A stretch of DNA of 64,000 nucleotides from Octopus bimaculoides (lineage: Eukaryota), in assembly GCF_001194135.2 (NCBI RefSeq), contig NC_068983.1:79386354-79450353 (forward strand), in the 5' to 3' direction. The notes under the pieces were generated by a model that worked only from the letters and a program-made list of their open reading frames with translations, searched no databases and was not told the origin of the DNA. Positions within the stretch are counted from its first letter, which is position 1; every line of letters starts with the position of its first letter. The translations under genes and the position numbers were made by a program. This document shows, in pieces, positions 55,741 to 64,000 of this stretch.

Positions 55741-56496
55741 ATAACTAATAATAGTTTATAATGTATATTGGGCAGGATACCCTTGGATGAGAAAAGAAAA
55801 AGGGTAGACAGCTACTTACAGACTATCTTGCTGGTAAGATTAAAGCATTTAATTTAATACTAGAAAAACAGGAGCTATTTTAGTGTGATTGATAGCATGC
55901 CTGTTTGGATTGCAGAGGATGTGTGGTTCAAGTTCTGCAGGCAACTTAACATCATCCCCATCTGATCCAAAAAGGTTTTGACTAAACTTATCATGAGATA
56001 TTTACAGCTGAACTTGCTTCAAGACACATCGTAAATAAAGACTTATTTATATATTTCTCAATGTTTTATATTTGCATCCTATATGTGTTTAATATGATGA
56101 AAGAAAGCTGGGATACTGGTTTTAGTTTAAACTTGTATCACATCTTTCTGGGTTATAGAAGATGTGGTTTGAGTCCTGCATCAGCTTAACACCTATTTCC
56201 TTCAATGTATTATAAGCTATTACACAAGGCTGAATTCACTTTGGAACATATTATTAATAAAGTCTTATTTACATATTACTCTGTTTTCCTAAATTTGCAT
56301 TCTATTGTATAGTGTTCTAATTATGTAAACAAAAATAAATGTTCAAAAAGACTTTCGTAATAAACATATGATCTACATTAATGATAGATTAATGTACAGT
56401 TGAAGTGAATAATATTACGTCAATTCTCAACTATTACTTTTCTTTCATAGACAGCTTATTGTACTGTTTCTCTCTATAATAATTTTAATCATCATC

Positions 56497-56855
56497 TTAA
56501 CAAGTTTGTTTCCCAACCACTTGCATGGTCCAGTTCCCTTGAGAAGTGTTTTATATCATAACCTCCAGGCCTTAGGAGTAGATTTGGTAGATGAAAACTG
56601 AATAAAGTTCTGTGTGTGTGTGTTCATATCTCCTTGTCTTGACATTATGTAGTAGTTGAAGAGTTTCACTGTTATACAAACAGCATCCTTAATTTCAAAT
56701 TGGTGTGCGAATATGTCCAGCTATGATGAAATATTGTCTTGCTTGAAAATAGGTGAGGGTCAGTGACAGAAAAGGCAATCCAGCTGCAGGAAATCTTCAA
56801 TGAATTCTGACTCATGCAAGCTTGGGAAAGTGGATGTAAAATGATAATGATGGAT
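56497..56855 (+). mobile_element. Family A SINE with RTE-type tail
   Basis: Head, (TG)n, tail ending CATGCAAGCTTGGGAAAGTGGATGTAAAATGATAATGATG. Confidence 0.75.
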
Positions 56856-57339
56856 GTCTGTAACACTTTAGAAGTATCAGAAACTTAGGTAGAATTAATT
56901 CTTGACATCCTGTTGAAAATGAACTCAAAAGTCCAATCCTATAATGATTTCATTACATAGCAAAAAATGAATGATAGTGGAAGGGATTAACACTATCTGC
57001 CTTACATAAGACTTACTAACTTCCTTCAAAATAGCTGTAAAAAAGGTTATGGTTTGTGTGATATACCTCTCAGGACTGACTGATCAAAGCACTCTCATGC
57101 ACTATTGTCATTCAGAAAATTATGAGTTAAGCTAGATTCTGAGATTAAAACATCATTTGTTGTGTTTGCTTAATCCTAAACAAATTCTGATCAAACAAAC
57201 CTAGAATTCAATTGATCTTATTGAAGTTACAACTTTTGCTACTTGTTTTTAGATAACTCATGAAGAATTATCTAAAACTAATTGTCAACTAATTGCTTAG
57301 ATAATTACAGTTGATAGCTTTACAACTCACAGTACTAGG

Positions 57340-57790
57340 GACATGGTTGTGTGAAAAAGAAGTTTCCTTATCAACTAAACGATTTCAGCTTTGGTTCCAA
57401 CTGTGTGGTACCTTGGGCAAGTGTCTTCTGTATACCCAGGTCAAATAGTCTTTTGAGTGGATTTTGTAGATGGAAGCTAAAAGAAACCTGTCAAACATAT
57501 GTGTGTGTATGTGTGCCTGCATATGTGAGTTTGTGCAACCCTCTTTTGATATCACATGATAATTGTAAACAAGTGTCACTATCTCACAAGCTATGTCATT
57601 TATCTCCAATCTTCCATGAAAACAGTCATAGGAAAAATAGTCACGGGGAAATATTACTAAATTTGGAAACAAATAAAGTTTTTAACAAGAAAAGCATCAT
57701 GGTGTAGAAAACCTTTCTTAATGACTTCCATCTGACTCATGCAAACATGGAAACATTGATGTTAAACCTATGATGATGGTGACAGTGATA
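57340..57790 (+). mobile_element. Family A SINE with RTE-type tail
   Basis: Same layout as 56497-56855; ends ...ATGATGATGGTG. Confidence 0.7.
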
Positions 57791-57920
57791 ATGTGGCTCT
57801 GTCATAACTTACCATTCATTATGCAGAACACTTTTCAAAAAGTATTTTCTTCAGTTATTTTATTCATAATCATAATCAACATATCTACATTCCCCCACTA
57901 TGTGTGTGTATGTATGTATG

Positions 57921-57947
<27 letters not shown>

Positions 57948-57951
<4 letters not shown>

Positions 57952-59915
57952 TAGTTAAAGAATAAAAAGACTGGGTTAACGACTCAATATATCACCCCCC
58001 CCCCTCAATGAACATATATAAGAAATACAGCATAATCCGTCAAACATAAGGAATAAGAAGAAATAATGCAAGAAAAATTACACAAGAAGAATAAATAAAT
58101 AAATAAAAATATAGCATATAGTATAAAATTTTTATACACGAATATATTGTTTCAACCGATAACATGGAACTGAAAGAAATTGAGTTAAAGGTATAAAGCA
58201 ATACACGTGAATATCATTTCATAGGAGTTAAAAAAGTTAAAATTAATACGAATAAAAATTAATACGGAAGGAGTAAAAATTTCAAATATATAATATAATA
58301 TAATAAGATATAATATAAGTCGATATAGTAAAATAAAATGACATGAAGAAATGAGGTTCCATAAAGTAGTCTATCAGTTGAAAAAACAAGGACAGAAGTG
58401 ATTTAACACCACTTAGAATTAAAGTTCAAAGTTCTTCAAAGCCCTCGGGCACATTTCACGCCTCAAAACCAGTAGACACCAAAAGGCAAGTTCGCACCAA
58501 TCCGGCACACACAAGAGCGAACAACAGGCACCCAGCAGGTATCAGCAGGTAAAAGTTCAATTCCGCTCACCATGTCCAAAAAGGTTCACCACACATGAGT
58601 CAAAAACAATTACAGCACACACCAGGTATCCATCAGTAAAAACAATTTCACAAATTTCATACAATACCTATGGCCATTTTGGAGGTACACCACTGTATTT
58701 CAAAACACAATAGAGTGTAAATTGGTGCAACAATAGAGTGCAAACAGGCTGCAGTATCGAAACCTATCTACGAGGTTTCAATTCACCCTAACGTAAACTA
58801 TTACACTTGCTATTATTTGTTACTTTTAAAGAAGATGGAGGAAAAGTTTTCCTCCACCTTCTTGAAACTGTATAGAGGTAAAAATAAATTTAAAAGTAAT
58901 AAATAATAACAAATGTAATAGTTTACGTTAGGGTGAATTGAAACCTCGTAGATTGGTTTCGATACGGCAGTCTGTTTGGCTATTCTAAAATGGCAATTTT
59001 TTTTTTAATTATTTTGAATCCTCCAATTATTTACATAGGCTGGTCCATTTTGGTTATATATATTTGCTCTTTATAGAAATCATTTTTTCCCCCCCTTGTG
59101 CATGTCGTGACTTTGTACTTGTGGTTACCCTGACGAGTGGGTCATCACCAATTTACACTCTATTGTGTTTTGAAATACAGTGGTGTACCTCCGAAATGGC
59201 CATAGGTATTGTATGAAATTTGTGAAATTGTTTTTACTGATGGATACCTGGTGTGTGCTGTAATTGTTTTTGACTCATGTGTGGTGAACCTTTTTGGACA
59301 TGGTGAGCAGAATTGAACTTTTGCTTGTTGATACCTGCTGGGTGCCTGTTGTTCGCTCTTGTGTGTGCCGGATTGGTGCAAACTTGCCTTTTGGTGTCTA
59401 CTGGTTTCGAGGTGTGAAATGTGCGTGAGGGCTTTCAAGTACTTTGAACTTTAATTCTAAGTGGTGTTAAATCACATCTGTCCTTGTTTTTCAACCAATA
59501 GACTATTTTATAGTACCTCATTTCTTCCTGTCATTTTATTTTGCTATATCGACTTATATCATATTTTATTATATTATATTATTATATTATATATTTGAAA
59601 TTTTTACTCCTTCTGTATTAATTTTTATTCGAATTAATTTTAACTTTTTTAACTCCTATGAAATGATATTCACATGTATTGCTTTATACCTTTACCTCAA
59701 ATTTTTTCAGTTCCATATTATCAGTTGAAACAATATATTCGGGTATAAAAATTTTATACTATATGCTATATTTTTATTTATTTATTATTTCTTCTTGTGT
59801 TATTTCTTCTTATTCCTTATGTTTGATGGATTATGCTGTATTTCTTATATATGTTCATTGAGGAGGTGTGATATATTGAGTCATTAACCCAGTCTTTTTA
59901 TTCTTTAACTAATAT
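57948..59915. mobile_element. ~2-kb nested fold-back element, probable non-autonomous Penelope-like relic
   Basis: Outer arms 57948-58727 / 59146-59915 (~95% by manual alignment), inner arms 58741-58830 / 58889-58978 (6 mismatches in 90), innermost hairpin 58829-58863, HHR at the start of the right arm. No RT or GIY-YIG ORF seen. Confidence 0.85.
59121..59213 (+). ncRNA. Type I hammerhead ribozyme with long stem II
   Basis: TACC-CTGACGA(59130-59136)-56-nt stem II-GAAA(59193-59196)-TGGCCA-TA|GGTA. Stem I is 4 bp, stem III palindromic, AUA site after 59204. Confidence 0.7.
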
Positions 59916-60012
59916 TTTACTCTTGTATCAGTTATTCTGAGCACTTCTCCTTGCAGCCCTGTATAAAATCTATTGGTTTCCTAATAAGAAACCATTAATA
60001 TTACATATATGT

Positions 60013-60110
60013 ATACATACATACATACATACATACATACATACATACATACATACATACATACATACATACATACATACATACATACATACATACATAC
60101 ATACATACAT
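60013..60110. repeat. (ACAT)n microsatellite followed by (AG)n
   Basis: Directly visible. Confidence 0.95.
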
Positions 60111-63100
60111 AGAGAGAGAGAGAGAGAAATCACACTGTCTTGCCAACTGATAAGAATTATTTGCTGAGGAGGTCTAATAACACTGAAACATATATATTTG
60201 CTTTCAGCTGTTGGTTTTTCAGATCACATCTACTCAAATTTGCATTGTCTATTTTGTCTAAAATATTCTCTTCCCCTCTGCATATTAGAATTATATCACT
60301 TGGTTGTTTTTAGATTTTAAGTACACTTAGAGGAAGTTTATGTCTACTAATTTCTAAGATAATCTCAGTTATCAACAGGAAATTAGAATTCTCAACATAA
60401 AGGAAAAAAAATTATTAACGACTTGGATATGATAGAATATTCTTAGGAGACTAATAAATGCACAAATTTCAGTTTACAAACTATAAAAACACAACCTAAT
60501 GTTTATTTTTGTCATTTAATTTAAATAGAAAATAGAGTAATTATGTAATTTACCAAATTTTAATTTCTTATTAATCCATTCAGGTGTACACTGACTTAAT
60601 TAATAAATTTTCAGTTTCTTAGCTAAATTGTATCAGTAGTCTAGTAGTTCAACTATATGTAACTATAACAATCTATGAACTAACAACACTTTATGTAATT
60701 ACATTGCTGTGCTAAATGGAAAGGGAGACAAAACAGTGTTTACTAATTACAGTAATACTTCACTTGACGATGGCTCACTTTACAAAGCCCCAGGTTTTTG
60801 ACTTTTATGCTTCAGCTCACTTTTGTATGGTGAGCTGAAATTTTTCAAACACAAGATCCAAATTTTTAACAAAGTGCAAAAGTTTCTATTACATTAACAA
60901 ATGCTTTTGCATGTTACTGAGAAATTTGTAGAGAGCAAAAAAGAAAACAGCTTCTTCTAAGTAAACTCTAGAGTGGCTTTTTAAAAGGAAATCTACAAGT
61001 CTGTCTATGAGTGTTTGTGAATCAGTGATGGTGTGCACAAGTTTAGAGTGAGTGAAAGGGATTCAGGAAATAATTATAATAATATTTTTTTATTATAAAT
61101 AATCTTGACATTCTTCTTACTTTACATAAAATATTATTTACATTCTACTGTTGTTTTATTGCCATTTATTAACGAGTATTATAAATTTTATAGGTAAAAT
61201 ATTTTTCTGGGAATGAATTACAATTTATAACATTGTTACTATGGGAAATTATTGCTCTGCTTTATCAGTTTTCGCTTTACAAGCAGTCTCCAGGAACAAA
61301 TTTACTCATCCAGAAACAAATTAACTCATATATTGAGGCACTACTGTACTTTCATACATTCTGAGTTCAAATCTGCCTTTCATCATTTTGTGTTTGATAA
61401 AGTACCACTCAAGTACTAGGGTTGATGTAATCAATTAGCCCCCATTTTTCGAAATTTCTAGTTTTCTGCCGAAATTAGAAGCAATTATTAGCTTGAGTAC
61501 TTTTGAAGCATTGGTGTTGGCATAATTCATTATATTACTTCAGCAAATTTGTGGCCTTGTACTTTTGTAAGATATTGTTGGCTTGGTTGAATCAGTAATG
61601 TGTTTGGAAAAAAAGAAATTACAGATTTAGTTATGATCCTTTATGCTTTGAGTTCAGATCTCACTATTGCCAGTCTTATCTTTCTTCTGCCAAAGTTTCT
61701 AAAAATAAGTAGCAGTCAAGTGCTGGAGTCATTATCATCAACTACACATTCTCTGCAAATATGTAATCCTGTACTTGTGATATAAATCATTATTATATTT
61801 TATGAACATTTGAGGTGTTTAATATTCACCCAAAAATATACCAAAGACATTGTAATTCATTATACAATTTCATATTCATTAATATTTGTGAATGTACACA
61901 AAATCTTGTGCTGATAACATTTAAGAAAATTTTTATTGCTAATACGATATGGAAATAAGTGCAAGGCTAGATGCTCAACTTTTGCTGTAAATCTTGGGAT
62001 TTGGAGATTCAGAGCAAAAAGTGAACATTCAACCAAGAAATTGAGCATTTATTTATTAGATCAATATTCATCTGAAAAGATTTATACAACAATTGAAATT
62101 TGATAAATTATGAAATTATGTCTCCCCCACCCCCCAAGATTAAATTAATTTGCAAAAATGAATATTGAGTTGTGTTTAGATCTTGTAAGCTGACCATTAG
62201 TGTATCTATTTGTCCTCCCTATATATAATATTCCTGCTGAAAGCACTGATTTTAAAATTGAATATTTTACAAAAGATGATAGATTATATTTTAGAAAATA
62301 TGGAATATATCTTCTCATCAAAGGCTAGATATCAAATAAGAAAGTGTAACTTACAAAAGAGTATATTTTCAGTTTCATTGAAACATATTCTATATACGTC
62401 AGTTTGCTACTGATATATTTCATAAATTGCTAAAAGGCTGATAAGCAAAATTTAGAATCTTTAAATTGGTTTCTCTATTTGATGTGTCCACTCTTTATTT
62501 GTATATATGATCCAAAAGTTGCTATCAGCAAAATTCTGATTAACAACGATGCTCCTATTATTGATTATAATTTTTCAGTTTTATTTATTGTTTACTTACG
62601 ATGACTGTTATAAAGCATCATATTATGGTTATATTATTAAAAATAATATTTATGGATAGAATGAATTATATTAATTTAATTAATTTAAATTTTGTTGACA
62701 GTCTTTTAACTGTAATTTTCCCATAATCTTATTAATGTCACTGATCATGTTATTGTCATATTAATAATTATAAAAATAGGTGATGAATGAAGTGAGCTAT
62801 TTCAATAAAGTAAAATTTGTTAGGTATTTTTAGAAATACCATCCAACCCATGGAAAACAGATGTTGAGTGATAATATTGATGATGATGATGATGATAAAG
62901 ATTACTATGAATTTTGCATAGAGAAAAATAATACTCATTAGGTAAAGCTTGAAATTAGTGTACATACTAACAATTTCAGAATTGTAATTTAAATTATAAG
63001 ATATTAAAAATATTCCAGTAAGTCACCTTATTGAGCTTACTAGAATTTCAAATTGATATTAATGTACATGGACTCAGTCTGTTTACTAAAATATTCTTAA

Positions 63101-63557
63101 TCTAACTGGTGATAGTTAAGTAAATGAAAATTTATTCAACATATGGAACAGTTGGTTGAAATATTATTAATCCAAGATTTATTTATTATAATTTTACATA
63201 TTTTCCTGCTATATGCATAAGTATAAGAGACAACTTAACAGCAAAATACCTCATCATAATTACTAACAATCATTTTAAAATACTGCTATTGTGTTCTCAA
63301 ATAAACATAAACACACGCAAAAGTTATTGCTTACTACTGTATCATTTTAAAATTACTATGAGTATATTTAATTGAATGTTAATTTTTTTTAATGATAATT
63401 ATCAGCAAAGAACATTTTTGTGAGAGATATTTCTGATATATTTTAGGGTTTTCTTATCAACTTATAGTTGGAAGAAGAAAATGTAAAGTTAGTATTCTGA
63501 TTGTTTAACTTTTTTTCATTTGATTATAAACCAGTTCAATTTTCTTGTATATTGCAG

Positions 63558-63597
63558 GTGTGGAGCAAAAAGCTTCAGTTGACCTCTCAAACTGCTA
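63558..63597 (+). other. Candidate 40-nt internal exon of an unidentified host gene
   Basis: tttcttgtatattgcag|GTGTGGAGC...AAACTGCTA|gtaagt: strong acceptor and donor; open frames VWSKKLQLTSQTA or VEQKASVDLSNC. Confidence 0.5.
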
Positions 63598-63869
63598 GTA
63601 AGTGATAAAATTTATTTTACATCCTTTGATATGCAAACTCAAATATTGTTACATGGAATTGTTTTGGTGAAAGATATCTTAATAAGTCTAATTATGAACA
63701 TACAGTATGAGTCATGTAAGTGTGTGTTATGTGTGTGTGTAGTGAGGGGAGAGAGAGTGAGAGAGCATGCATGCAATTCAAAGAAAGCACTCACGATTGG
63801 AGGATATTTGTATTAACAGCTAGAACTAGTGCTGATCTGAATCGAACTTGATACAAATTGTGTATTTGT

Positions 63870-63918
63870 GTATATATATGCATATATATATATATACACA
63901 CATACATACATACATATA

Positions 63919-63994
<76 letters not shown>

Positions 63995-64000
63995 TATATA
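63870..64000. repeat. Compound (TA)/(TG)/(ACAT) microsatellite
   Basis: Directly visible. Confidence 0.95.

Noticed and set aside
60164-60196. CTGAGGA...GAAA-CATATA-TA as a hammerhead
   Set aside because: Stem II is at most 3 weak pairs and stem I cannot form; at best a very old relic.
972-63816. Supplied ORFs as real genes
   Set aside because: All are short; they are explained by microsatellites, AT-rich chance frames, antisense SINE frames or decayed LINE/mariner coding remnants. None supports an intact protein-coding gene.

Overview
AT-rich, microsatellite-dense animal genomic DNA with a few N gaps. The repeat families resemble those I recall from coleoid cephalopods (Octopus); this is an inference, not a database result. 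There is no intact long CDS, rRNA, tRNA gene or CRISPR array, and the supplied ORFs are almost all microsatellite-derived, chance, or decayed transposon pieces. The window is probably intronic or intergenic, with two short + strand exon candidates (53374-53412, 63558-63597). It is filled with decayed LINEs of several types (CR1-like, RTE-like, an L2/Jockey-group-like family, an R4/Dong-like 3' end), tRNA-derived SINEs, one near full-length dead mariner, a mariner MITE and two TTAA-flanked piggyBac-type MITEs. The main result is four type I hammerhead ribozyme (HHR) motifs with the (near-)palindromic stem III typical of Penelope-like elements (15528-15572 minus; 30929-30975, 36671-36744, 59121-59213 plus). 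The two with intact catalytic cores each lie in a fold-back element whose upstream antisense arm ends inside HHR stem II, and so could mask the ribozyme in read-through transcripts. The larger one is a ~2 kb, three-level nested inverted repeat (57948-59915). Boundaries of decayed repeats are approximate; TE family names come from remembered motif similarity.
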